A program made the translations under genes and the position numbers. This document shows, one piece after another, positions 27,837-37,462 of a DNA stretch of 62,651 nucleotides (positions within the stretch are counted from its first letter, which is position 1; each line of letters begins with the position of its first letter). Where the stretch lies: positions 1 to 62,651 of the forward strand of contig JAPLCN010000124.1 in NCBI GenBank assembly GCA_026392215.1, read 5' to 3'. The DNA is from Actinomycetota bacterium (lineage in GTDB: Bacteria > Actinomycetota > Humimicrobiia > Humimicrobiales > Humimicrobiaceae). The notes beneath the pieces are model-generated. The model ran no database searches, was not told the origin of the DNA, and was given only the letters and a program-made list of their open reading frames with translations.

Positions 27837-30080
27837 ATGGTTTTACCTGAACAAGCAAGCAAAGAAAAAGAAATAAATAGCAGTCTGCAGGAAGCAGAAA
27901 GCATTGATATTGATAAAAATTATGAAGAGTTGATTTCTTCAATTAAATTGTATAATCCAAAAGTAAATCAAGGGTTAATACAGCAAGCATTTTTTATTGC
28001 AAAAAAATATCATGCAAGCCAGTTCAGAAAATCCGGTGAACCTTTTATCATGCATCCTATTGAAGTGGCAAAAATACTTGCCCATATAGAATTGGACCAG
28101 GCATCAATAATTGCGGCTATTCTGCACGATCTGGTAGAAGATACAGATTTTACAATTGAAAAAGTAAAGGAAGAATTCGGGGAAGAAATAGCAAATATTA
28201 TTAACGGTGTTACGAAACTTGAAAAAATAATTTTTCATACGAAAGAAGAACGGCAAGTTGAAAACTTAAGAAAAATGATTATAGCGATGTCAGAGGATGT
28301 AAGAATAATAATAGTTAAACTTGCTGACAGGCTGCATAACATGAGAACCCTGTCTTCGCTTAGCAAAGAAAAAATGCAGATCAAATCAATAGAAACTCTT
28401 GAAATATATGCACCTATCGCACACAGGCTGGGGATTTTTCAGATTAAATCTGAACTTGAAGATTTAAGTTTTAAATATCTTTACCCGAGGCAGTATGTAA
28501 AAATAAAAAAAATGTTAAGCGAGAAAGTTGAAGAGCGCAAAGAGTTAATTGACGGAACAATAGAAAAAGTAAAGGAAAAATTAAGCGAAGTAGATATTTT
28601 CGCAGAAATAAGCGGGAGAGTTAAAAACTATTACAGCATTTACAACAAGATTACAGTTCAAAATAAAACACTTGAAAATATTTATGATTTAATTGCTATC
28701 AGGATAATAGTTAATGATATAAAAAGCTGCTACGGCGTGCTTGGAATTATCCACTCAATATGGAAACCTGTTCCTGGAAGATTTAAAGATTATATTGCAA
28801 ACCCTAAATTTAACATGTATCAATCGCTGCATACTACAGTTATCGGCAAGAAAGGTGTTCCTGTTGAAATCCAGATAAGGACTTTTGACATGCACAAGAT
28901 TTCTGAATATGGCATTGCTGCCCATTATAAATATAAGGAAGGCGATGTAAAATTAGATGAGTTTGATAAAAGAATTGCATGGATAAGGCAGCTTCTTGAC
29001 TGGCAGAAAGAATTAAAAAGCCCGCAGGATTACATGGAATCCCTGAAACTGGATTTATTTGAAGACGAAGTTTTTGTATTTACTCCCAAGGGGAAAGTAG
29101 TAAATCTTCCAAGGAAATCAACTGTAATTGACTTTGCTTATGCAATCCATACAGATATTGGACAGAACTGCATAGGAGCCAAAATTAATGGACAGATGGT
29201 TCCCATTGAAACAATGCTTGAAAATGGAGATATTGTTGAAATTATTGTTTCAAAAACTCCTAAAGGTCCGAGCAGGGATTGGCTGAATGTAGTTAAAACG
29301 GCAAAAGCCATAAACAAAATAAAGCAATGGTTCAGCAGAGAGGAAAGACATGAATCATTAAACGCAGGCAAGGAAATTATGTTAAAAATATTAAGGAAAA
29401 ACGGCCTTTCCTTTAAAACAGTAAATCTTGATGTTTTTGAAAGTGTTGCAAAAGAAATGACTTTTGATAAGGCGGAAACCTTATTTCGAAATATCGGGAC
29501 GCATAAAATTTCTGCTCATCAGGTTTTTACAAAAATTTTAAAAAAGTTAAATCAGCAGGACAGCCAGCCAAAGGAAATGACTCTTGAGGATATACATCAG
29601 AAAGGGGAAATAAGGAAACCCGGCAGCGGTATAAACGTAAAGGGTATGGATGGAGTTCTGGTTTTTATGGCAAAATGCTGTAATCCGGTTCCAGGGGATA
29701 AAATAATCGGTTATATTACAAGAGGAAGAGGCATATCAGTGCATAGAGAAGATTGCACAAATATTAAAAGTTTGCTGCAAAATGAGCGTTCCCGAATAAT
29801 TGAAGTTAACTGGGATAAAAATGCGCCCCTTAAGTTTAATGTTGAAATTGAAATTGAAGCTCTTGACAGGACTAAACTGCTTAAAGATATCACCAACCTG
29901 ATAAGCGAATATGACTTGAATATTGTTTCAGCAACAGGCGGCACTCAAAAAAAGAACGGTTTTGCCAAGTTTAAATTTACAATTGAAGTTTCAAATAAAT
30001 ATATTTTAAAAGATGTTATTAACAACTTAAGAAATATTGACTCTGTATATGATGTTTACAGAGTTCTTCCGAAAGGCTGA
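27837..30080 (+). CDS. rel: Bifunctional (p)ppGpp synthetase/hydrolase, RelA/SpoT homologue
   Basis: HD hydrolase motif HDLVEDT, synthetase domain (YSIYNK, DLIAIRIIV), TGS and ACT domains. Confidence 0.92.
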   Translation: MVLPEQASKEKEINSSLQEAESIDIDKNYEELISSIKLYNPKVNQGLIQQAFFIAKKYHASQFRKSGEPFIMHPIEVAKILAHIELDQASIIAAILHDLVEDTDFTIEKVKEEFGEEIANIINGVTKLEKIIFHTKEERQVENLRKMIIAMSEDVRIIIVKLADRLHNMRTLSSLSKEKMQIKSIETLEIYAPIAHRLGIFQIKSELEDLSFKYLYPRQYVKIKKMLSEKVEERKELIDGTIEKVKEKLSEVDIFAEISGRVKNYYSIYNKITVQNKTLENIYDLIAIRIIVNDIKSCYGVLGIIHSIWKPVPGRFKDYIANPKFNMYQSLHTTVIGKKGVPVEIQIRTFDMHKISEYGIAAHYKYKEGDVKLDEFDKRIAWIRQLLDWQKELKSPQDYMESLKLDLFEDEVFVFTPKGKVVNLPRKSTVIDFAYAIHTDIGQNCIGAKINGQMVPIETMLENGDIVEIIVSKTPKGPSRDWLNVVKTAKAINKIKQWFSREERHESLNAGKEIMLKILRKNGLSFKTVNLDVFESVAKEMTFDKAETLFRNIGTHKISAHQVFTKILKKLNQQDSQPKEMTLEDIHQKGEIRKPGSGINVKGMDGVLVFMAKCCNPVPGDKIIGYITRGRGISVHREDCTNIKSLLQNERSRIIEVNWDKNAPLKFNVEIEIEALDRTKLLKDITNLISEYDLNIVSATGGTQKKNGFAKFKFTIEVSNKYILKDVINNLRNIDSVYDVYRVLPKG

Positions 30081-30084
30081 TTTT

Positions 30085-30702
30085 GTGGAAATAAAAAGAT
30101 TTGATTTAAAATTTTTAGATGTAAACTGCTATCTTGTGAATTTTAAAAATAATTATTTTTTAATAGATCCCGGTTCAGAATTCAAAAGAATTAAGGAATA
30201 TATCCTAAAAAATAACATAAAAATTGATTTCATATTAAACACTCATGGTCATTATGACCATATGGGTGCAGTAGCAGATTTAATCAGGGAATTTAATATG
30301 CCTTTTTACATACATGAAAAAGAAGAAGATATTATAAAAAATCCCCAAAAAAATTTATCTTCAATTTTTCAATCAAATGAATTATCATTAAAAACTTATA
30401 ATTTAATTAAAGGAAATAATGTTAATGATTTTTTAATTCCTGGTATTGAAATAATAAATTTCCCCGGGCATACTCCAGGCAGTATTATAATAAAGGTTGA
30501 AAACTCTTTGTTTACCGGAGATATTTTGTTTAAAGGTTCAATAGGAAGGACTGATCTGCCAGGCGGCAGCAACAGGGACATGGATAATTCTTTAAAAAAA
30601 ATAATGACATTTGACAAAAAGCTAAAGATATTTCCCGGGCATGGGCCTGAAAGCACAATGGAGGAAGAGTTAAAAAACAATTATTTTCTTAAAGCGCTTT
30701 AA
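30085..30702 (+). CDS. MBL-fold metallo-hydrolase (glyoxalase II-like)
   Basis: HTHGHYDH motif and GDILFKGSIGRTDLPGG. GTG 30085 is preferred because it avoids a 44-nt overlap with rel and gives the usual short N-terminus before NCYLV. Confidence 0.8.
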   Translation: MEIKRFDLKFLDVNCYLVNFKNNYFLIDPGSEFKRIKEYILKNNIKIDFILNTHGHYDHMGAVADLIREFNMPFYIHEKEEDIIKNPQKNLSSIFQSNELSLKTYNLIKGNNVNDFLIPGIEIINFPGHTPGSIIIKVENSLFTGDILFKGSIGRTDLPGGSNRDMDNSLKKIMTFDKKLKIFPGHGPESTMEEELKNNYFLKAL

Positions 30703-30764
30703 TTCATAACTTTAAAAAATTATCTTGATAATGCGATAAATTTTTTAACATTTTTTAATAAAGG

Positions 30765-32045
30765 ATGGCTGGCTTGATTTATAATTCACCAAGAGGGACT
30801 TCTGATTATTACGGAGAAGATATAAAATACATAGATTTTATAATAGATACTGCCAGAAATTTGTTTAAAATATATAATTATCTTGAAATCATAACCCCTC
30901 ATTTTGAGCATACTGAAGTTTTTTCAAGAGGAATTGGTGAAAATTCCGACATAGTTCAAAAGGAAATGTTCACTTTTTCAGATAAAAAGGGGAGGTCACT
31001 CACATTAAGGCCTGAAGGAACTGCGTCTGTTGTAAGAGCAGTAGTTGAAAGAAAACTTTATGTAGAAAACCTTCCATTAAAATTGTTTTATATAGGAAAT
31101 ATGTTCAGATACGAAAGACCGCAAAAAGGCCGGATGAGGGAATTTAAGCAGATCGGCATTGAGGCCATTGGTTGTGACAACCCTGCTATTGATGCAGAAG
31201 CAATATGGCTGTTAAACAGCCTTTTTAAAAATTTAGGCTTTAAGAATCTTGTATTATATATAAACAGCATAGGATGCTCTGAATGCAGAAAAGATTATAT
31301 CAGGCTCCTTGAAGAATTTTTGAAACCTTATAGCAAAGAATTATGCCCGGGTTGCGTTAACCGTATAGGTAAGAACACACTTAGAGTATTTGACTGCAAA
31401 GTTGAAACATGCCGCAATATACTCTCGGGTGCTCCAAAAATAAGCAATTATCTTTGCGAAAAATGCAGCAGTCATTTAAAAGATGTCTTTGATATATTAA
31501 ACATACTGGACATCCAGTATGTCCATAATGAAAATCTGGTAAGAGGGTTTGATTATTACACCAGAACTATTTTTGAAATTGTATCAGAAGATATAGACAG
31601 TGCCCAAAATGCATTGGGTGGGGGGGGAAGATATGACAATCTTATTGAAGAATTCGGCGGCCCTAAACTAAGCTCAACAGGATTTGCCATAGGGCTTGAA
31701 AGGACTATGCTGCTGATGCAGGATCTTAGCATAAAGCCTGTAGTGATTAAGGACAATATGCCAAGCGTATATTTAATAAACATGTCTGCTGATTTTAACG
31801 GTTATCTTTTTGGCATATTAAAATTTTTAAGGCAAAACAAAATCATTTGTGACAGCAATTTCAATATAAAAAATGTTGGCAAAGAAATTAAATGGGCAAA
31901 ATCAGCGGGATACAGTCATATAATAATTATAGGCGAAGACGAAGTTAAGAATAATACTGTAACAATAAAGGACCTCTTTAATTTTAGCCAGTCACAGCTA
32001 AGCTGGCTGAACGAAAAAAGCAGATTAATAAATTTATTGAAATAA
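30765..32045 (+). CDS. hisS: Histidine--tRNA ligase
   Basis: Class II motifs (LRPEGT, FRYERPQKGRMREFKQ, GGGGRYD) and a C-terminal anticodon-binding domain. Confidence 0.93.
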   Translation: MAGLIYNSPRGTSDYYGEDIKYIDFIIDTARNLFKIYNYLEIITPHFEHTEVFSRGIGENSDIVQKEMFTFSDKKGRSLTLRPEGTASVVRAVVERKLYVENLPLKLFYIGNMFRYERPQKGRMREFKQIGIEAIGCDNPAIDAEAIWLLNSLFKNLGFKNLVLYINSIGCSECRKDYIRLLEEFLKPYSKELCPGCVNRIGKNTLRVFDCKVETCRNILSGAPKISNYLCEKCSSHLKDVFDILNILDIQYVHNENLVRGFDYYTRTIFEIVSEDIDSAQNALGGGGRYDNLIEEFGGPKLSSTGFAIGLERTMLLMQDLSIKPVVIKDNMPSVYLINMSADFNGYLFGILKFLRQNKIICDSNFNIKNVGKEIKWAKSAGYSHIIIIGEDEVKNNTVTIKDLFNFSQSQLSWLNEKSRLINLLK

Positions 32046-32112
32046 TTTAAGTTATAAAAATTACGATACATTAGTAAAAATTTTTTATATAAAAGCTTGG
32101 AGAAAATAAAAA

Positions 32113-33912
32113 ATGGCGGATTTTAAAGATATTTTTAAAACAAGTTTAAGAACAAATTTATGCGGAGTTGTAAATAAAGACTACTCTGAAAAAGAAGTTA
32201 CTGTATGCGGCTGGGTATCCAGGAGAAGAGACCACGGCAAATTGATTTTTGCTGACTTAAGGGATTTTTCAGGAATTGTTCAGGTTGTTTTTAACCCGTC
32301 TTTTAATGAAAAATCTTATGAAATCGCAAAAGAATTAAGAAGTGAATTTGTCATACAGGTTATCGGAACTGTAAAAAAAAGAACAAATGATACAATAAAC
32401 AATGAAATTGGCACAGGTGAAATAGAAATTTTTGCAAAAGAATTAATTATATTAAGTGAAGCCAGGACACCTCCTTTTATGCTTGATGATAGAGACGCAA
32501 TTGACGAGCTTACCCGTTTAAAATACAGGTATATCGATTTGCGTACAAGCGATATGCAAAGAAATCTTCGCTTAAAAAGCGCTGTCATGAACACGACAAG
32601 GAATTATCTGGTTTCCAATGGTTTTGTTGAGGTTGAGACTCCAATTCTTGCCAAAAGCACACCTGAAGGAGCAAGAGATTTTCTGGTCCCCTCAAGACTT
32701 AACCCAAACAAGTTTTATGCACTGCCTCAATCACCGCAGCTTTTCAAACAAATACTTATGTTTGCAGGTTATGACAGGATATTTCAGATAGCAAGATGTT
32801 TTAGGGATGAAGATTTAAGATCTGACAGGCAGCCTGAATTTACACAGATAGATCTGGAGATGACTTTTGTAAAACAGGAAGATGTCATGAACCTTACAGA
32901 AGGTTTGATCAAAGATATTTTTAACAAAGTTTTAAATACAGAAATTAAACTGCCATTGGACAAAATTACATTCTTTGATGCAATTTCAAATTATGGTTCT
33001 GATAAACCTGACTTAAGGTTTGGACTTAAAATCAATGATATTTCAGAAATTTTTAAAGACTGTGAAGTTAAAATATTTAAGGATACATTAAACAATGGAG
33101 GAGTTGTTAAATGTATTAAGCTTGAGGACGGCAGTTTACTTAGCAGAAAAGATCTTGACGACGTAGTCCTTATGGCAAAAAATAATGGTGCAGGCGGCCT
33201 TTTATGGATAAAAACAGATGAAAACCTGCAGCTTCAATCTCCTATAGCTAAATTTTTAAGCGATATTGAAAAAGAAAAACTAATTAATAGCTTAAATCTT
33301 AGAGTGAATAATCTTGTTCTTGTAGTTTCAGATAAATTTATTACAGCTTGCACGGTTTTAGGGACAATCAGGAATCATCTTGGGGCCAAACTGAATTTAA
33401 TAGATAAGAATGAATATAAATTCTTATGGGTTTATGATTTTCCTTTATTTGAGCTGGATGAAAAGGAAAACAGATATAAATCTGTTCATCATCCTTTTAC
33501 TATACCGGATAGCAAAACAATAGGTTATTTAAAATCAGACCCTTTAAAAGTAAATTCAATTTCTTATGATATCGTATTAAATGGCACAGAAATAGGCGGA
33601 GGTTCCATAAGAATAAATGATCTAAAGATTCAAACTCAAATACTTGAAATATTAAAAGTTGACCTTAAAAAAGCCAGGGATAATTTCGGTTTCTTCTTAA
33701 ATGCAATGGAATACGGAACACCTCCCCATGGTGGAATCGCACTTGGTCTTGACAGGCTGGTAATGCTGCTTGGAAAGCTTAAAAGCATAAGGGAAGTGAT
33801 TGCATTTCCAAAGACTCAATCTGCAATGGATATGATGGCTCAGTCACCTGCAAATATTAGCGAAAACCAGCTGAAAGAATTATATGTCAAGTTAATAAAA
33901 TATGAAGAATAA
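32113..33912 (+). CDS. aspS: Aspartate--tRNA ligase
   Basis: OB-fold N-terminus, QSPQLFKQ, FRDEDLRSDRQPEFTQ, the bacterial insertion domain and GGGSIRI...GLDRL. Confidence 0.93.
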   Translation: MADFKDIFKTSLRTNLCGVVNKDYSEKEVTVCGWVSRRRDHGKLIFADLRDFSGIVQVVFNPSFNEKSYEIAKELRSEFVIQVIGTVKKRTNDTINNEIGTGEIEIFAKELIILSEARTPPFMLDDRDAIDELTRLKYRYIDLRTSDMQRNLRLKSAVMNTTRNYLVSNGFVEVETPILAKSTPEGARDFLVPSRLNPNKFYALPQSPQLFKQILMFAGYDRIFQIARCFRDEDLRSDRQPEFTQIDLEMTFVKQEDVMNLTEGLIKDIFNKVLNTEIKLPLDKITFFDAISNYGSDKPDLRFGLKINDISEIFKDCEVKIFKDTLNNGGVVKCIKLEDGSLLSRKDLDDVVLMAKNNGAGGLLWIKTDENLQLQSPIAKFLSDIEKEKLINSLNLRVNNLVLVVSDKFITACTVLGTIRNHLGAKLNLIDKNEYKFLWVYDFPLFELDEKENRYKSVHHPFTIPDSKTIGYLKSDPLKVNSISYDIVLNGTEIGGGSIRINDLKIQTQILEILKVDLKKARDNFGFFLNAMEYGTPPHGGIALGLDRLVMLLGKLKSIREVIAFPKTQSAMDMMAQSPANISENQLKELYVKLIKYEE

Positions 33913-34184
33913 AAGAGGGTACCGCCGCAGGCAGTGTTTTAACAGTGCAGCTATGTTTGAAATTCCCGATTATTTGTGATAGCATTTTATTTGTACCCTG
34001 TGTTAATCGTAATTAAAGTTAATTTTTATGCCAACAAGTTAACTGATGGAATCTTTACTCTGACTGTGGTGTAAATGCCCTTTAAGCTAAGGGACTTACT
34101 AAGCAGCAGGAAAGAATCCGCCTTACATGGGTAAGGCATATAAACACTTCCAATAATTACGTTAATGCGGGGTATTTTTTTATT
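33913..34184 (+). ncRNA. Candidate structured RNA (about 270 nt, family unassigned) between aspS and alaS
   Basis: A G/C-enriched island. The 5' segment 33913-33929 (AAGAGGGTACCGCCGCA) pairs with 34166-34181 (TGCGGGGTATTTTTTT) apart from one bulged G. An internal rod pairs 34048-34067 with 34103-34119 and is capped by the hairpin CCCTT/AAGGG (34078-34093). A strong hairpin GCCTTAC-ATGG-GTAAGGC lies at 34120-34137. The element ends in a T7 run. Confidence 0.35.
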
Positions 34185-34326
34185 ATGATTATGGTTTTAT
34201 TCATCAAAGCTATAGAAGATTGCGTAAATAGATTTAAGTTTTTATTTAAAAGATACTTAAGAATAGCAGCCAGGTTTTTATATTTAAGTTGATATTTTTT
34301 AATTTTTAAATTATTTTATTTAAGTT

Positions 34327-37023
34327 ATGGATATAAGAAAAGAATTTTTAGAGTTTTTTAAAAAAAATGACCACCTGATTTTACCGTCTTCAGGATTAAT
34401 TCCGGATAATGACCTTAGCGTTCTTTTAACAACTGCGGGAATGCAGCCATTTAAACCTTACTATCTTGGAGTGAAAAAACCGCCTTCCCCCAGAATTTCA
34501 ACTGTCCAGAAGTGTTTCAGAACAAGTGATATTGACAGGATAGGCGATAGCGACAGGCACCTGACTTTCTTTGAAATGCTGGGAAATTTTGCTTTTGCAG
34601 ATTATTTTAAAAAAGAGGCAATAAGCTTTGCATTAAACTTTATTTTAAATATTTTAAAAATACCGGAAAACAAGCTCCGGTTTTCAGTTTTTGGAGGGTA
34701 CGAGGAACTCCCGCTGGATGAGGAAGCCAGAAATTACTGGATTAAAAGTGGTGTAAAAGCAGACAGAATATATAAGTTCGGGATGAAAGATAATTTCTGG
34801 GGCCCTGCCGGAAATACAGGGCCCTGCGGACCTTCAACGGAGATATACTATGATTTCGGTGAAGAATATGGGTGCGGCAAGCCAACATGTAATCCAAATT
34901 GTGATTGCGGCAGATTTATAGAAATCTGGAATCTTGTATTTACCCAATATAATTTTGATGGTAAAAGCTATAAGGATCTGCCAAATAAAAATATTGATAC
35001 AGGAATGGGCCTGGAAAGGATATATGCGGCAGTATTAAGCAGCACGTCTGTTTTTAGAATCCCATTATTTAATGGAATACTTGGAAAACTAAAAGAAATA
35101 TCCGGTAAAGAATTAAAGTCAAAAAGTGAAAATAATAATGATATTGAAATAAACAGGGCTTTGAAAATTGTATCTGACCACTGTCGATCTATTTATTTTT
35201 TGATTTCTGATGGTGTAACTCCTTCCAATGAAGGACGTGGATATATATTAAGAAGAATAATAAGAAGGGCAATAAGATTCGGACGCGTATTAGGAATTAA
35301 TGACTACTTCTTAAATGAAATAGGCAACGTAATTGCTGATGATTATAAGAGTGCTTATCCTGAAATTGAGGAAAAAAAGAATTTTGCATTTCAGATAGTT
35401 TCTGATGAAGAAAAAAGATTTTCAAATACTTTAAAAGAAGGAACTAAACTTCTTATTGCAAATATTGCTGATTTAAAATCAAAAGGGGAAAAGTATCTTG
35501 ATTCAAATGATGCCTTTAAACTTTATGATACTTATGGTTTTCCTGTGGAGCTGACAGGTGAAATCCTTGCAGAAAATAATCTTTATCTGGATGTGGAAAA
35601 GTTTAACTTGTTTGTTAAAAAACATGTTGAAATTTCTAAGAAAAGAACAACTTTTGATAAAAAACTTATTGAAAATATTGATGAATACAAATCTTTATCC
35701 AAAGAAATACATTGTGAATTTGCAGGATATGAAAAAATAGAATCAAGCTCAAAAATAATTAAGATTTTAAAAAATGAAAAAAGTAAAAAATTTATAGTTG
35801 AAGAGCTTACGGAAAACGAGCATGGAGAGATAATTCTGGACAATACGCCTTTTTATGGTGAAAAAGGCGGAGAAATCGGCGATAAAGGTATTATAACCTT
35901 AAACGAAAAGTCAGTTTTTATTGTTGAAGATACCAGAATACCTGTTGAAGGAATATATATACATATAGGATTTGTAAAAAAAGGTAAATTTAAAATAAAT
36001 GATAGTGTTCAGGCAAAAGTAGGTATTAATTTCAGAAAGGCAATAAGCAAGAACCATACCGCCACCCATCTTTTACATTGGGCGCTGCGGTCAGTATATG
36101 GCAAAGAAGCAACTCAAGCAGGTTCGTTTGTTTCTGACTTAAGGATAAGGTTCGACTATAAATTTTTCGGAGAGCCGGGAAAAGGAATGGTTTCCAGGCT
36201 GGAAAATTTAGTAAATAAAAAGATTCAGGATAATGAAATAGTAAAAATTTTTGAAACCACAAAGGAATATGCCGGGGAAATAGGCGCAATTGCATTATTT
36301 GAAGAAAAATACGGCAGGTTTGTAAGAGTTGTTGAAATCGGCAATTACAGCAGAGAGCTTTGCGGAGGAATACATGTTAAGCGAACCGGTGAAATAGGGA
36401 TATTTAAAATTATACAAGATACCGGCATTGGTTCAAACTTAAGAAGAGTAGAAGCCGTTACCGGGATGGCTGCCGTCAATTATTTAAATGAAAAAGATAA
36501 TATTGTAAAAGAAATATCAGGCTATCTTGGAATTAATGATAGTGAGATAATTCAAAATATCACCACGTTAAAAACAAATCTGGAAGATTTGAATATAAAG
36601 CTTGAACAAATAACAATTAAAATTGCAAAAAATGAAGTTATTAAAAAGTATGACAGCATATTTAAAGTTGAAGATGATAAAATTATTGTTTTTGATTTTT
36701 CAAAGTCAGATTATTCTGAAAACCTGTCTTCAAAAAGCATAGGTGTTTTAAGTGATGAAATAAAGGATTATTTTAAGAATAAAAAAGTATTTATTGCTTT
36801 AGCAAATAGTATAAACGGCAAGCCCATTCTGATTTTTAATTCTTCAAAAGATTTACTTAAAAAGGGGATTAACTGTTCGGTTATAGCAAAAGAAACAGGT
36901 AAAATAATAGGCGGGGGGGGTGGAGGCAAACCTGATTTTGCCCAATCCGGAGGATCAGATTTGAACCTGATAAATGATGCTTTTGAATTTGTGCGCAGTA
37001 AGGTAAAAAATACTATCAATTAA
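34327..37023 (+). CDS. alaS: Alanine--tRNA ligase
   Basis: 898 aa with FKPYYLG, the catalytic core, the editing-domain HTATHLLH motif and a C-terminal GGGGGGK DHHA1-type motif. Confidence 0.95.
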   Translation: MDIRKEFLEFFKKNDHLILPSSGLIPDNDLSVLLTTAGMQPFKPYYLGVKKPPSPRISTVQKCFRTSDIDRIGDSDRHLTFFEMLGNFAFADYFKKEAISFALNFILNILKIPENKLRFSVFGGYEELPLDEEARNYWIKSGVKADRIYKFGMKDNFWGPAGNTGPCGPSTEIYYDFGEEYGCGKPTCNPNCDCGRFIEIWNLVFTQYNFDGKSYKDLPNKNIDTGMGLERIYAAVLSSTSVFRIPLFNGILGKLKEISGKELKSKSENNNDIEINRALKIVSDHCRSIYFLISDGVTPSNEGRGYILRRIIRRAIRFGRVLGINDYFLNEIGNVIADDYKSAYPEIEEKKNFAFQIVSDEEKRFSNTLKEGTKLLIANIADLKSKGEKYLDSNDAFKLYDTYGFPVELTGEILAENNLYLDVEKFNLFVKKHVEISKKRTTFDKKLIENIDEYKSLSKEIHCEFAGYEKIESSSKIIKILKNEKSKKFIVEELTENEHGEIILDNTPFYGEKGGEIGDKGIITLNEKSVFIVEDTRIPVEGIYIHIGFVKKGKFKINDSVQAKVGINFRKAISKNHTATHLLHWALRSVYGKEATQAGSFVSDLRIRFDYKFFGEPGKGMVSRLENLVNKKIQDNEIVKIFETTKEYAGEIGAIALFEEKYGRFVRVVEIGNYSRELCGGIHVKRTGEIGIFKIIQDTGIGSNLRRVEAVTGMAAVNYLNEKDNIVKEISGYLGINDSEIIQNITTLKTNLEDLNIKLEQITIKIAKNEVIKKYDSIFKVEDDKIIVFDFSKSDYSENLSSKSIGVLSDEIKDYFKNKKVFIALANSINGKPILIFNSSKDLLKKGINCSVIAKETGKIIGGGGGGKPDFAQSGGSDLNLINDAFEFVRSKVKNTIN

Positions 37024-37042
37024 TTATTAAGTCAGGGAATCT

Positions 37043-37462
37043 ATGAGAATAATGGCGCTTGATATCGGGGAAAAAAATATCGGCGTTGCAATATCAGACA
37101 AGATGAATGTTCTGGCAATTCCGTATTCAATTGAAAAAAATGATGATGGTTTTGCTAAAAAGATTTGCAGTATTATTGAGGAAAAGGATATAAAAAAAAT
37201 TGTAATCGGGATACCTTACAATTTAAAAGGGAAATTAGGGTATCAGGCAAATAAAACTATGGATTTTGCTTTAAAACTTAAAGAAAAAATAAATGTTGAC
37301 ATAGATTATTTTGATGAGAGATTTTCTTCGAAAATATCAAAAGACAATTTAATGTTTAAGAAAATAAATTCAAAAACTTTAGTTGATAAATATGCCGCGG
37401 CGGTAATACTTGAAAACTATTTGGGATTACTAAAAAAAACAAGATGGCTGAAAATAAAATAA
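37043..37462 (+). CDS. ruvX: Putative pre-16S rRNA nuclease / Holliday junction resolvase-like protein YqgF (RuvX)
   Basis: 139 aa with N-terminus IMALDIGEKNIGVAISD. It follows alaS as in Bacillus (yrrK). Confidence 0.85.
   Translation: MRIMALDIGEKNIGVAISDKMNVLAIPYSIEKNDDGFAKKICSIIEEKDIKKIVIGIPYNLKGKLGYQANKTMDFALKLKEKINVDIDYFDERFSSKISKDNLMFKKINSKTLVDKYAAAVILENYLGLLKKTRWLKIK

Noticed and set aside
34095-34130. SRP RNA or RNase P RNA hypothesis for the aspS-alaS element.
   Set aside because: AAGCAGCAGGAAAGAAUCCGCCUUAC superficially recalls the SRP GGAAGCAGC motif and the RNase P GGAAAGUCC / AGAACCCGGCUUA motifs. There is no GNRA-capped helix 8, no complementary P4 strand, and the element is too short for RNase P.
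33913-34184. T-box riboswitch hypothesis for the alaS leader.
   Set aside because: AGAGGGTACCGCCG resembles the T-box core GGGUGGUACCGCG. However, it lacks the UGG bulge, sits at the 5' end rather than the 3' end of the element, and is about 250 nt from its terminator-like partner. I could not find the Stem I AG bulge, the distal loop motifs or a properly placed GCU specifier. The GCU in the 34083-34088 loop is apical, not in an internal specifier loop.
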